A stretch of 64,000 nucleotides of DNA from Octopus bimaculoides (Eukaryota). The DNA is taken from NCBI RefSeq assembly GCF_001194135.2, contig NC_069005.1, positions 752,521 to 816,520 on the forward strand, given 5' to 3'. Below, in pieces: positions 35,736 through 48,326 of the stretch. The notes beneath the pieces were generated by a model that did not search any database, was not told where the DNA came from, and saw only the letters and a list, made by a program, of their open reading frames with translations. The number at the start of each line of letters is the position of its first letter. Position 1 is the stretch's first letter. The position numbers were made by a program, and so were the translations under genes.

Positions 35736-38700
35736 AACGTGAGAGAGCTAGGGGTTGGGGGTACAACCCACTAAGGGATAGTATCTATCCGGTATACTGC
35801 TGGGAGGGTACCCAATTATTGCTACCCTAGTGCTATACTAGGTGCAATCAATGGGAGCGGGTAAAAGTGGAGGTTTTACCCAAAATTTGTATAACAATTA
35901 GAAAATGGAAGATAATATGCTGAACCCAACTACTTGCAGACGGTGTATCTCGTTGAATTCATTAATTTAATTCATAGCAAAAGTGACAAAAAANNNNNNN
36001 NNNNNNNNNNNNNNNNNNNNNNNNNNNNNNNNNNNNNNNNNNNNNNNNNNNNNNNNNNNNNNNNNNNNNNNNNNNNNNNNNNNNNNNNNNNNNNNNNNNN
36101 NNNNNNNNNNNNNNNNNNNNNNNNNNNNNNNNNNNNNNNNNNNNNNNNNNNNNNNNNNNNNNNNNNNNNNNNNNNNNNNNNNNNNNNNNNNNNNNNNNNN
36201 NNNNNNNNNNNNNNNNNNNNNNNNNNTATATATATATATAGCACGATTTATTCACAATCAAAGTTGTTTGGAAACCAAGGTACCACTGTATCGTTCTCTT
36301 TGGATACAACCAACCAACAATGTTTTCCAGTATTTAGTTCCTGACCTGATTTTCCCAAGTCTAATGATTCATTAACACATATCAAACCACATCACAAACA
36401 TAAAAACTAATTGTTTAATTAATTATGTTGGTGGCTGTACAAACCTGTTTTGGCATTGTAGATGATGTTGTTCAAGAGCAGATCATTATGGCAGATGGCT
36501 ATGGGCACATCGCAATTCTCAAATACCTTGCAGAGTCCATTGAACTCATCCCACAGCTTTATTTTACCCAAAATCTCAGATGCGTACCTAAAAAAAGAGA
36601 ATGCATGATATATGGATTTATATAACTCATGGTAATCCCCGCAAAAAAGCTCCCCTAGTGGACTCAGCTACATGTCTGCACAAATATGTGTGCCACGCAT
36701 TGTACAATACATTTGTATATTTACCCTCAATGCAATAAAGAAGAATGAAGGAGGAGGAAATATGGAAGAACTTGTTAAAGGGAAATTAACACGGGATAAA
36801 AAAGCATTTCTTAGAAGAACCTTTGAAAGTACTTTACCTTTGTTGTGTCTGGCTGTCTTCAAATTTATTTGGAATAATCTGTAGCATGTTCTTCATTTTC
36901 TTGAGCAGAATTGGTTCACCTTTGAAGAACACATTGTAAGTTTGAAAATCATCAACATCAGTAGCTTTGATGCTGTGTAAGCGGACCATTTCTTGTGTAA
37001 TCAGACTGATAATGAGACAAGTCGTTAAGAAATTAAATATTAGATATACACAAAACGATTAAAATGGTGGTGTAGGAATCTGGAAAAATATCAAGATGGT
37101 GCAGCCATTTAATACATATTTTTCCTATACACACACGTCTGGTATAATCAGAACATCAATTATATGTACCCACACATGTAGTACAATAGACTAAGAGGTA
37201 TGGTTTAATTAGTGACAAAGGGACGTTATAGTTAAATAGTTGGCAGTATGAGTGTTACTGACTTATGCCATTTTTTCCCTATGGTGCATAGGCCATCAAC
37301 CACTTTTCTCTGCAATTCTCAACTCTGTGCCATTCACTGAAAGGAGGTCTTCCTCTCCAAGCTCTTGAGGTTTTTGTATTGTCATTGATGCTTCTGTAAT
37401 TTTGCATATTTCTAGCTAAGGGTGTTGGCCCTATGCAAACCCATTTTTACCTCTGGGAACAGGTGGTCCATATCTGTCTGGCCTCCATCCTTTTCACTTG
37501 TCCATCCTTTCACTTGTCCAAGCTCCTGCCAGGAGCTTGTGCTCTGTTGGCATAGCTCTCAGGGTCATCAAGGCATACAAGCCACCACATCACAATAAGG
37601 ATTGAACCATGTGATGGTACAGAACGAGTGTAAAGTTAAACAAAGATGGCTAGTGAAGCCTAATTATACAAAAGGTTTCAATAAGGATTTGCTGTTTTAC
37701 CCAGCACCAGACATGGTAACAACCTACGTACAGTTTACCGTTTGGACACACCAACCTCCACCCAAAATTATTCAGTAAATGATTCTCATTAAGAAAACCA
37801 TTTCTCTCATGCATGTATGCCCATCTGTGTAAAAGAACATTGAAATGCTCAATGGTCCACATTTGCAATGGAAATGTGTAGAATCTATTTAATTCCACAA
37901 TATGGTTTCATGAAAGTGTTCCAGCAGATATCTCCAATCCTCCATGAAGACAAACCAAAGGTGATACTTCTGCTGCATGTTGTCGCTGATTTCTTTTTTG
38001 TTTTATTGTCTCAAGAAACAGGTGAAAAGAATTCTTTGATTTTATTGAGAGAGAAAAGATGGTGAGCTGACAGAACGATTAACATGCTGGACAAAATGCT
38101 TAGCAGCATTTCTTTATCTTTATGTTTTGAGTTCAAATTCTGCTGAGGTTAATTTTGCCTTTTATCCTTTCAGGGTTGATAAAATAAGTACCAGTTGAAC
38201 AAAATTTCAGGTTGTGTACTTATAGTGGAAAGAATTAGTAATAGGAGGAGGTAGAGGGGGATTTCATGAAGACTGCAGTTCCTTGCAACTTGTAAGATCA
38301 ATGTGAACGAAATATTTCTTCTGTCGATGGATATCTGTCATTAAAACATGACCCGGAAAGGTCGGCTAGATGTTTGAGATTCTAAATCGGATGAGCTACT
38401 TTCAACATGTCAGTACGTTAATGGGCTAAGTTTCAATATGTATTCATTCAATTTCAATATATGTCTTGTCCAAAGGTAATTTTAGTCTGAAATACTATAT
38501 CATTAACTAAAATTTAAAGTCAGCTGTCAAGAAAAGATGTTCAACTTAAAATAGATGATGCCCTTTCGTTTCTGTCTGTTTTATTGAAGTCCTTACGAAC
38601 CATTGCTACTTTCTATGCCAGTTTTATTGGAAGGGGGGTGGGGTGAAAATCTATGAATAATGCAATGTTTTTATAGTAATTTAATGCTAATGTTGGAACG

Positions 38701-41700
38701 ACGTGCATCTATCAGTGTAAACCACTGATAAAACTGTATGTGCATAAATAACTCGAGTAGAATGACACAAGTGAATTTATGGATAAGAGAAGGCTGTTGT
38801 ATGGTGACTGACCTAATAAGGTCAGAAGTGTGACAATGTGGATGCAATTTTGCCTATTCAGAAAACAGTTTTGAGATTTCCAGAAAATTAACCCAAAATT
38901 ACTATCTAAAATCAATGACCAGTAGATCAATAGCTAATCAATTCAATAAAGAAATAGCAAAGAAAAGAATTTAAACTTATTTTTTGGAAAAGTCAATAAG
39001 CTTATATTATAAAAGAGAAGTAGATTTCCGTCTGTCTGTCTGTCGTGACATTTGATAAAAGTAAGGAAAGAAGGAGAGGAATCAAAATATGTCATGACAT
39101 ATTTTTAGAAGAAAAGGAGGAGAAAAATACAGTGAGAGAGAGTATATGAAAGAGACATAAATAGATAGATAGATAGATAGTGTTATCACCATAGTAACTA
39201 ACAAGTTTTGATTAAAAATGCAGGAATTCTAAGTGTAAGTCTGTTAACACAATGCAATACGCTTCAAAAAAAGACTATATGTATATATATATATATATGC
39301 ATAGTTATTTTTTGCTGTTGTTTTTTGTGTATGTGTGTGTGTGTGTGTGTTTCTATGTCTTTCAACATAAAGACAATGCAATACAGACTTCAAAAAAAGA
39401 CTTTCACTTTGAACAATTGTGCTGAAATTTCTTCAGACACCAAATTGTCTATTGGCTTTGGTGACAAGAGGAAGAGGGGGAAAGCTTGCACTTGCACCCC
39501 CCCCCCCCTATAGAGTGGAATGGTTGACCAATGCAAGAAGTAGGTTAAGAGACACTTTAAATTTAAACTGATTTCTCAGTTGATAAAAAGGGATTTTTGT
39601 TCTTACCCGCTAATTTTTGGATCACACACTTCATGTACGTTTATGGGCCGTCCCTGTTGATAGCCATAACACATACCATTGCTGAAGCAACAGTAAACCT
39701 CTGGAGCCATACCTTTGGAATGCAGCAGGTTCATGGATAAATACTCTAATTTGCGGTCAATAAGAAGCTCAGTGTTTTTGCCATAGAGGCGAACAAGGAC
39801 CATGTCACTGCGTGAATCATTTTGGTAGCAACCCACCAATTGATTGGTAATCCCTTCACTGAAAACCTGCCAACACAACAAAAAAAAATAATATACTAAA
39901 AAACATACAATGCAATTCATAGATTAACATCACATGTGAGTGTCTGGTTAGAGAGTTTGCTTACCAACCACATGGTTCTGGGTTCGGTCCCACGGCATGG
40001 CAACTTGGGCAAATGTCTTGTACTACAGCTACAAGTTGACCAAAGCTCAGTGAGTGGATTTGGTTGATGGAAACTGAAAGAAGCCTGTTGTATATGTGTG
40101 TGTGTGTATTTGTGTTTCCTTGTCTTGACATTGCATGATTCTTGTAAACGAGTGTAATTAATTTCCAATCTTCCACAGAAACGTGTCTGGCCATGAAGAA
40201 AACATAAAGTGACAGGAAGGGGCATCCAGTCACAGAAAATCTGCCTGAGTAAGCTCCATCTAACCCATGCAAGCATGGAAAAGTGGATGTTAAAACAATG
40301 ATGATGAAATGTCCAGCTAACATCAATCAGCAAGACCAAAGGTCAGCAAACCTTTTGGCAGTAGACTGAATTGGAAATGCTTTTATGTCAGGCCACAATG
40401 AAGAAACATGCAATAGCAGTTTTGTTTGGTTATTTATTTTTTAAAAACTTTTTAACTGTCACCTGTTGTAATAAAAGAATCGATACAAATTTATTGACTT
40501 AAAAAAAAACTAATGTCATGTCTAACATGGCGAAGAGTTTATGGATCAGACGAACGGTTTGCAGTGATTATGATGATATCAGCCAGTGTGGCTTCCTTCA
40601 TAGACATATCAATATTTTCTGTCACCGTCTCCTTTCTTAGAATCGATTATGCAATGCAAATCATATAACAACAACGTAAGAGACATACTTTGGGCTTTGT
40701 TGCTCTGTTTATTTAGGAAAGTGAATGCATTAACTACCTTTTAAAACAGGAGAAACTAAAAAAAGTTTTAACCAAGTCAAGGAACCTCATGCTTATAAAT
40801 TTTTTGGTTTTAGCATAAAACATTGATTTATTTATAGCCATTGCAAAAATAAAACTTGTTTGAATTTGTTTTATTGTTCACCCTTTCCTCTTTATAATGT
40901 TTTGGGTGTCATTAAAGATCTGACTACAGGCAAAGCTTTAATGTGTCCCAGCCCAAGGAAGCAAGACATTTAAAGTATAGAAGATGCCTGATGGTGGATC
41001 TCCAGTTGGTTGCAGGTTTCTGAACAATTCGCAGGAGATTGATATGCTAAGTAAGGTAGGGGTTCCAGACTGCTGATGCAAACTCTAAATGTAAATAAAC
41101 TATCACCATTTACAGCTTTAAATAAATATCTGGAAAGCAGTTGAGTGATGCTATGACACCCTCAGCCTTTTGCATAATCTTAGAGATGTGGTTTGTACTA
41201 CATAGATCACTCTTAACATTCACAAGATCACATTCACAAGATGTCATAAGATTGGTGTTGTTGAAGGAGTATGTAAAAGTAAGGTTTTCTCCCCAAAATG
41301 CTTGGTGCTGCACTTGTCCACAGCCAGCTTGAGTTGCCAATCAGTAATCAGTGATGCATGCATTTATGCAGTAATACATGTATCTATGCATACGAGGGGG
41401 TGGGGGCTGAAAAGTTCCTGGCTTTGGATAAAAGAAAATACAGGAGGATCAGTTAATTATGATTTTATTTAACATACCCCCCCACCTCACATTTACACAC
41501 TTCTTGCAGCAAACCTTCAGTTTTTCTAAGCCCTGTAAAAGAACTCAAAAGATTGGGCATCCAACCAGGCCTTTTGCAACACCCAGGAACTTTTCAGAAC
41601 TCCCTCATCTAAGTATGCATACATCTATGCTTATATGTATGTATGCAAGTATAAATACATGTGTATGCGTGTTAAGGCCTCCCAGAGAAATTTTGGACTG

Positions 41701-44700
41701 GTTTCTAGTCTTTTGATACCAACCGGTCTGAGATCACACCTACTTCTGTTATACTGTTTTAAAGTAATTCAAATTTCATCTTCTCTTAAACTTCATACTG
41801 ACTTATGTTCCAAACTGCAGCTTAAGAATGACAAAGATATTTTACTAAATAAATTCTTCAACATTTTAAGAATTGAAACCAGGACAGAATATTTAACAGC
41901 TGCTGTTTAACTCCAGATCGCCAGCAATCGAAATGACATGATAGGTTGACAGTCAATGATGTTACATTAAACGTGTCACCACAAACATGTGCAACCAAGC
42001 ATAAAATCATTAAAACATTCTACACACGCTAAGCCTATGAGGAAGCTTCTACACAGTTAATAAATTTGCTAGAAATAGCAGTCGAATAACCTTCAAATCA
42101 CACACTCTGCTATCTTTAAGAAACGCCATTCACATGAAAAATACAATTGACATTTAATGTAGCAGCATAAGAGCAATAATTATACAATTAAGAAATAAAG
42201 AAGGGCACTCGTTAAAATAAGTCGTTGATGACTTTTGATTTCGAGTGATTGCCTAATTATTTCTCAACATGTGACATTGAAACGTTCATTATGAATTGGG
42301 TCGTTTTGTGAAGTTTTTGTCATTGCTGCAGCCACGTCCCATTCAACTCCCAGAGGTCGTCAAAGGGCTGAAGTTCGCCATCGATAGCCGTAATTCCGTG
42401 TTTTGGGTTGCCTCTGAAACTTTTTGAGGATGAAACACCAGTGTTCCCCGGTGCGATGTGTAATAGAAGTGGGGGTGCAGATTTATTATTCTAACTACTT
42501 GGCGGCGAGCTGTCAGAATCGTTAGCGCGTCGGACAAAAAGGTTAAGCTGCATGTCTTCCGGCTCTTTACGTTCTGTTGTTCAAAAGCTGCTGAGGTCAG
42601 CTTTGCCTGTCATCTTCTCGGGGCTAATAAAATAAAATACCAGTAATCGCTAGGATCAATCTGGCGGAGATTCGGATCAGGACACCCGCATAAGTTGGGT
42701 TTTGACGGGGCGGTTTCCAACAGCTAAAAATCTACCTTAAATCACACACCTTTTCATCTGAAAATATTTTCGCTTTTTATTTTATTTATATTTACCGAAA
42801 AAGCTTCTTCCATCCTTTTTATTAAGTACATAGTGCAAAAAAAAAAAAAATGGCCAAAATCAGTACATTATAAATTTTTAAAAATTGTTTTTCATAAAGA
42901 GTTTCCCCCATCCATTCGAGGGTCGGGGGTGAAGACAAAAATTGGGAAAACCTTCGTTAAAACGGAAGGAATCCAATTTATGTTGACGTCCTGATTCGAG
43001 ACTCCGTCCAATTATTTTACCTATTCCATTATTTTTTTGCTCATTTTATGGTAAAGTTTACGAATATGTACAAAACAGAAGGAGTCCACATAGAAGCTAC
43101 ACGCTGGACTCCCAGAATGTCTACAAAAACAACAAAGTATGGTTTTTGATTGTTCATAAAACGGTAATTAAAATCTGTTCAATTAGCGGTATTAATCACA
43201 TGTTCACTCGTTGATTCATAAATTTACTCTACACGTGTGGAATCCCAAAACATCTGCGAAAAATCTTAAGTTAGCTGTTTTCATGAATATACAATAAAAC
43301 GGTAATTAACTCAGTTTAATTAACCATTGTAGTAGTTTATGTAAGACGGTGATTTATTCTTATAAACTAAATGGATGTAGCATGTCGTTACAATGTGATC
43401 CCTTTCGTTTTGTACCAAAAAAAGGGATACGTTATTCATGTTCCGATTTGACAACTTTATCCCATACTTTATTACCATTCTTATTGTATATTTTCTTAAA
43501 TCATGATAAATATCTACAATCCATTAAGAATAAAATTCTAGTGAGCTTTTTAATGCTTCATGCATTACCATATGGTCATCTAATTAAAATTTGGTGAGGT
43601 TTATTCTGCCTTCCAGTTAGTTTAGAATAGAAAAGAAAACGAGAGAAAAACCTCTACATATTTTATAAAGAAGAATATACTCTTAGCGATTGTTTTTCAT
43701 GGAGATGGTGTCCCTGAGTAAATTATTTTAATCTCTTAGGCTAAACGCCGCGAATGAGATTTAGTGACAATCATGCCTTTCTCAACAACAGTGAAGACTT
43801 GCTGAAGAAGCAGATATTCAACGAGGGCGAGAAAACATGTAATAAATCGTAGAAATGTACAAGAAATAGCAGGTCAATGACCCTCATGTAAAGGAGGGAT
43901 ACATTACATAGTGACATCCTAGTGNNNNNNNNNNNNNNNNNNNNNNNNNNNNNNNNNNNNNNNNNNNNNNNNNNNNNNNNNNNNNNNNNNNNNNNNNNNN
44001 NNNNNNNNNNNNNNNNNNNNNNNNNNNNNNNNNNNNNNNNNNNNNNNNNNNNNNNNNNNNNNNNNNNNNNNNNNNNNNNNNNNNNNNNNNNNNNNNNNNN
44101 NNNNNNNNNNNNNNNNNNNNNNNNNNNNNNNNNNNNNNNNNNNNNNNNNNNNNNNNNNNNNNNNNNNNNNNNNNNNNNNNNNNNNNNNNNNNNNNNNNNN
44201 NNNNNNNNNNNNNNNNNNNNNNNNNNNNNNNNNNNNNNNNNNNNNNNNNNNNNNNNNNNNNNNNNNNNNNNNNNNNNNNNNNNNNNNNNNNNNNNNNNNN
44301 NNNNNNNNNNNNNNNNNNNNNNNNNNNNNNNNNNNNNNNNNNNNNNNNNNNNNNNNNNNNNNNNNNNNNNNNNNNNNNNNNNNNNNNNNNNNNNNNNNNN
44401 NNNNNNNNNNNNNNNNNNNNNNNNNNNNNNNNNNNNNNNNNNNNNNNNNNNNNNNNNNNNNNNNNNNNNNNNNNNNNNNNNNNNNNNNNNNNNNNNNNNN
44501 NNNNNNNNNNNNNNNNNNNNNNNNNNNNNNNNNNNNNNNNNNNNNAAAAAAAAAAAAAAAAAAAAGAAACAACCAAATCAGACGTGTTTTTTGTTGGTTG
44601 AGATTTAATTTCTTATACTGAATGTTAGATGTTTCGTGTGTTAATCGTGAAAAGAAAAAAATTATTTACTTGAAATTATGAAAAGATGGCGAAGGGCAGA

Positions 44701-45157
44701 GATGGTGCTTGTGATGAAGATGTTGAGACATAAATTAGAGTATAGTGCCCGGTTCATACTGAAAAAAATAGCAGATCGAGTTGCTGGAAGACTAGAAAAC
44801 AAGGGTTATTGAGTCGAACAGAGAGTGACAGGTGCCAAATCTCCCACAGGTCGTTCATCCTCCACCTTAAAAGAAGGATACATTTAATAACATAGGTTCA
44901 AGTATGTGCACCGTTAGCTAGAAATAAAAATAAAAAAAGAAGAGAACGTTTTAGATCGTATATCTTCTGATTAATCGGGGCTGACCCGGCTTAAAACAAC
45001 AACAACGAAATGTTATAACATTATTTTATGAGCGACTTACTTTGAAGAGTATCGAATCCTGCTGCCAGGACGGCCGCACCAGTTTTAGAATATCGTAAAT
45101 ACCATCTTTGTAATCGTTTGGGTTGATTGATATCGGCACGACGGCCCGCGGCGACAT
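33086..45157 (-). CDS. ETNK1: Ethanolamine kinase (ETNK1/2, Drosophila eas-like), 8 coding exons, 367 aa
   Basis: Exons 45157-45041, 39866-39607, 37005-36838, 36587-36445, 34171-34088, 33973-33801, 33512-33439, 33170-33086 sum to 1104 nt in one frame. Motifs FSEGITNQL, VLVRLYG, Brenner motif CHNDLLLNNII, choline/ethanolamine kinase motif FIDFEY...YDIANHFCEYAG, SHFFWGIWSLIQ. Confidence 0.95.
33439..33512 (-). CDS. ETNK1: ETNK exon 7
   Basis: ASHFFWGIWSLIQAYNSVIEFDFL AG|GTCCGT (phase 2 required by the last exon). Confidence 0.92.
33801..33973 (-). CDS. ETNK1: ETNK exon 6
   Basis: GVDEADFSRCPNEAYQLKWIKNYL...WVNKFFA|GTAAGT. Confidence 0.95.
34088..34171 (-). CDS. ETNK1: ETNK exon 5
   Basis: DSVSFIDFEYTNENYVAYDIANHFCEYA G|GTAATT. 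Confidence 0.95.
34322..34670 (-). mobile_element. RTE-type LINE 3' end with an internal ~60-bp duplicated 3'UTR unit
   Basis: (cat)n tail then tttaatgtccactttccatg...; cttgacaagtcttctca(a)gcacagcat..caccaaaggtct occurs twice. Confidence 0.75.
35536..36288. mobile_element. pogo/Tigger-like non-autonomous element with duplicated left TIR (spans a gap)
   Basis: TA|CAGTAGAACCTCG (35536) and TA|CAGTAGTACCTTCG (35617); right end ccaaggtaccactg|TA (36288). Confidence 0.65.
36445..36587 (-). CDS. ETNK1: ETNK exon 4
   Basis: YASEILG...PIAICHNDLLLNNIIYNAKT G|GTTTGT. Confidence 0.95.
36838..37005 (-). CDS. ETNK1: ETNK exon 3
   Basis: LITQEMVRLHSIKAT...IIPNKFEDSQTQQ AG|GTAAAG. Confidence 0.9.
39607..39866 (-). 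CDS. ETNK1: ETNK exon 2
   Basis: VFSEGITNQLVGCY...VLVRLYGKNTELLIDR...DPKIS GG|GTAAGA. Confidence 0.95.
39931..40306 (+). mobile_element. Composite SINE: CORE-SINE head + (TA/TG)n + unique body + RTE-like 3' tail
   Basis: Same module order seen on the minus strand at 9057-9297, 15421-15880 and 17545-17800. Confidence 0.65.
40900..41335 (-). mobile_element. CR1/L2-superfamily LINE RT C-terminal fragment
   Basis: CECDLVNVKSDLCSTNHISKIMQKAEGVIASL..PDIYLKL..LEFASAVWNPYLT*HINLLRIVQKPAT. Confidence 0.75.
41393..41608. mobile_element. Mariner-derived MITE
   Basis: TA|cgagggg..ctgaaaagttcctgg ... ccaggaacttttcag..ccctcat inverted termini. Confidence 0.75.
42501..42660 (+). mobile_element. Second tRNA-derived SINE family
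   Basis: ggcggcgagctg.cagaatcgttagc...ctttgcct.tcatc.ttcgggg..ataaaata; copies at ~14925(+), 38060(+), 27275(-), 45750(-), 59870(-). Confidence 0.75.
45041..45157 (-). CDS. ETNK1: ETNK coding exon 1
   Basis: MSPRAVVPISINPNDYKDGIYDILKLVRPSWQQDSILFK|GTAAGT; RPxW motif; in-frame TGA upstream; CpG-rich. Confidence 0.88.
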
Positions 45158-45860
45158 TTCTGATGTCGAAGATATATCAACACCTATTTCTCGATGTGAC
45201 CCAGCTTGTTCTGTGATGTGTTGTCACGATAGACGACGACGGGTTTTATGTTGCTGACGGTTTAACATTTACTCGACAAATAGACAGACACACGAGAGGC
45301 AGGCAGTGATAAGAAACCTCGAATTACATTGATACTCGGCACCCAAGTACTTGCACACTTAAAATACTTGGTGTTAGAAACTTCGAACATCAAAACAAGT
45401 GTTTGTTTATTTCTTTTTAATTACAAAGCTCAGCGCATACAAGTAACAACTAACAGAATGTGACAAGAGGCGAATATTTATATATATATATACACATCTA
45501 TATATGAAAGTACGCCCATGTCAGAGGCGTAACTAGAGAAAAAACCAGTGTTGCGGATTTTAACTCTAGTCCGTCAGGCTGTGATGCTAAGCTCCTCGGT
45601 ACAGTATAAACACACACACACACACACACACATATGTGTGTGTGTGTGTGTTTCGGATATTGTAATAATGTTTCTAATGGAAATTATAATAATCCTCGCT
45701 ACTATAGACACAGAGGCTGAAATTTTGAGAAGTCTAATCGATTAGATCGGCCTCAGTGTTCGACCGGTTCTTATTTTATCGACTCCAGAAAGGATGAAAG
45801 GCGAAGTCGGTCAGGGAGGAATTTGAAAGCATGCACTAATACCGCTTTATTTCATTATTT

Positions 45861-46015
45861 TGTGGCAGTGTAGTAAGAAGCTTGCTTCCCAACCACATGG
45901 TTCCGGGTTCAGTCCCACTGCGTGGCACCTTGGGCAAATGTCTTCTACTATAGCCTCGGGCCGACCGAAGCCTTGTCAGTGGATTTGGTAGACGGAAACT
46001 GAGAGAAGCCCGTCG
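45861..46015 (+). mobile_element. tRNA-derived CORE-type SINE (well-preserved copy)
   Basis: Near-identical to 19125-19284. Confidence 0.8.
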
Positions 46016-46189
46016 TATATACACAAACATGACAGAAGTAAATAGACACCCTTATAATCATTAAAATTTCTTTAAATCTGAAATTATACGTTCAAATTAT
46101 TTATCAATTGTTATAATGTAAATATCTAATATTTAGTAGACATGCCCCTTCCATTTTTCAATGCAAGGACCCTATTAGGCATGTCACTC

Positions 46190-46830
46190 ATCAGGTGACG
46201 AATATTCTCTTGAGGAATTTCTTGCCAAGTTTCTTAAAAGATCTGGCTTTGAAAATGCTTTCTTGTTCTTTTTAAAAAGTGTCCCGTCCATTATGTCCCA
46301 GAAGTGTTCAATAGGGTTCATATCTGGTGACTGGCTTGACCATGGAAGCTTTTTAATACCATTCTCAGCCAAAAAAATCTTGGGTCATTTTAGCCGTGTG
46401 ACAAGGAGTCCCATGTTCCATAAATAAAGAGTCTTCTTTAATCATTTCACCACCGGAGAAGATTGGAAGAAATCCTTTCTGCAATATGAACACATATTTA
46501 TCTGAGTTTATGTTTCCCTCACACTCCACCAGTTCTAATCAACCATTGCTCTAAATTCCTCCCCAGACCATCACAGAATGGATTTCACATCCATAACAAA
46601 AACTGCGAGCCAAAAATACCATTTCTACACAAATTAATGTCCTGCGTTGCATCCATAAAAAAGCCATCCGGCTGATTAGCAATAATCCACTCACACACAT
46701 CAACTGTCGTCTCCTCCATCACAGACTACTCCATATGTCTCTCTCTCTTTCTCTGTAATCATTCTTTTTAAATTTCCCACCACATAATTACGTTAAACAC
46801 CATTCCAACTTATTTCTCCCCACATCACTT
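46190..46830 (-). mobile_element. Tc1-family transposase pseudogene
   Basis: MVWGGI..EGNINSDKYVFILQ..FMEHGTPCHTAK..LPWSSQSPDMNPIEHFW; possible degenerate TIR (ttttggccatgact) near 47265-47280. Confidence 0.8.
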
Positions 46831-47940
46831 CTCTCAAATGCCTTTCCCACCAACATCTTTCTCATACACTTGTAGATATTTAAACTAGATAACAACCTTC
46901 TGAACAACAGACCTGAAAAGGTCACCACACAGCTTCAGCTTCCGATAGAGTAAAAAAAAAAAGAATTTAAATTAAATAAAGCCATTTAATTAGTAATTGA
47001 CTATAAATTTGTTTTTATAAAATTATTCAGTAAAAAAATAATTTTTTTATTAACATTGTTATATAATAACCCTTACGAATGAAGAATAACACCCACCTCA
47101 ATCAGTGTCAAGTTAAAATGAAACCACCCCTTCTTATATCATAATAATAATAATAACTACACTGTGGGTTTATTAACATTTTTAATGTTAAACCTTTCTT
47201 TTGTTGAAGCTTTTCTGGGCTTTCGATATTTCAAATTGAATAACATTTTGAAGATTATAATTTTTTTGGCCATGACTTTTAAATTTCATTAAATTGAACA
47301 TTTTTGGAATTTGAGGCTGACACAAAATAAAGTTTCTGATTTTACATGAAATCCTGTCTGACAATCTAGTTTACTGGTTCAACTTCTAATAACTATTCGT
47401 GGTTCTCTTTTGCAAGAATCTCTTGTATTACCAATTGCAAGGATTGTTTCAATTAACGAAGAATGTCGAAGAGTTTCACAGGAATGCCAACAGCAATATA
47501 GAAAGCATTGGGATAAGAAAAAAAACAACAGCCTTGAACAGTTAAGTTTATCAAGACGATTAGTAGACAAAAACTCCCTCTAAGTTGATTAAAATCTTAA
47601 AAAGAAATAGAGAAAACGTCAAAGATACTCCAGAACGATAGGATTTTTTCGAAAATACAAACAATGCAGATGAGAATGTGTCTGGGTTTTAAAAACCAAT
47701 TATTAAAAGCCATGGATATGGTTCTATCTTATTACCTTTTCCACGAAGTATCTGGGTTGGCAAAACTTGAGATAATGTATGTAGTATATATATAATTAGA
47801 GGATATGTTAACTTCGTGAAGGGATGGTTGCATCCAAGGAAATACTGGTTCAATACCTAGTGTTTTGGGGGAATGAAATTCCCTTAAAACAATAGATATA
47901 TATATACAAACATATAGTTTATATCCAGTTAAATGGAGGT

Positions 47941-48326
47941 AAGGAAGTTAACAATTATTATTAGCAAATTGGTTATCTTCACTTCTTAAAGCCGTTTCAA
48001 TTAATACTCAATAATTTAATTACAAATTAAATTACATTAAATTTACATTTATGAGACATGAGTATAATTTCATTAGAGAGAAAAAAAGCTGTACCTTTGG
48101 ATGTTATGTGTGGGTCCATCAATTCATTTCAACAGACTCATCTCAGGTCCGCATACAACATCCAAAGGTACATCTTTTTTTTTTCTCTAATGAAATTATA
48201 CTAATGTCACATAAATGCAAACTTAATGTAATTTAATTTGTAATTAAATTATTGAGTATTAATTGAAACGGATTTAAGAAGCGAAGCTGACCAATTTGTT
48301 AATAATAAATAATTGTTAACTTGCTT
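47941..48326. repeat. Long fold-back inverted repeat (arms ~175 bp, loop ~30 bp)
   Basis: 47941-~48115 is the reverse complement of ~48146-48326 with few mismatches. Confidence 0.92.
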
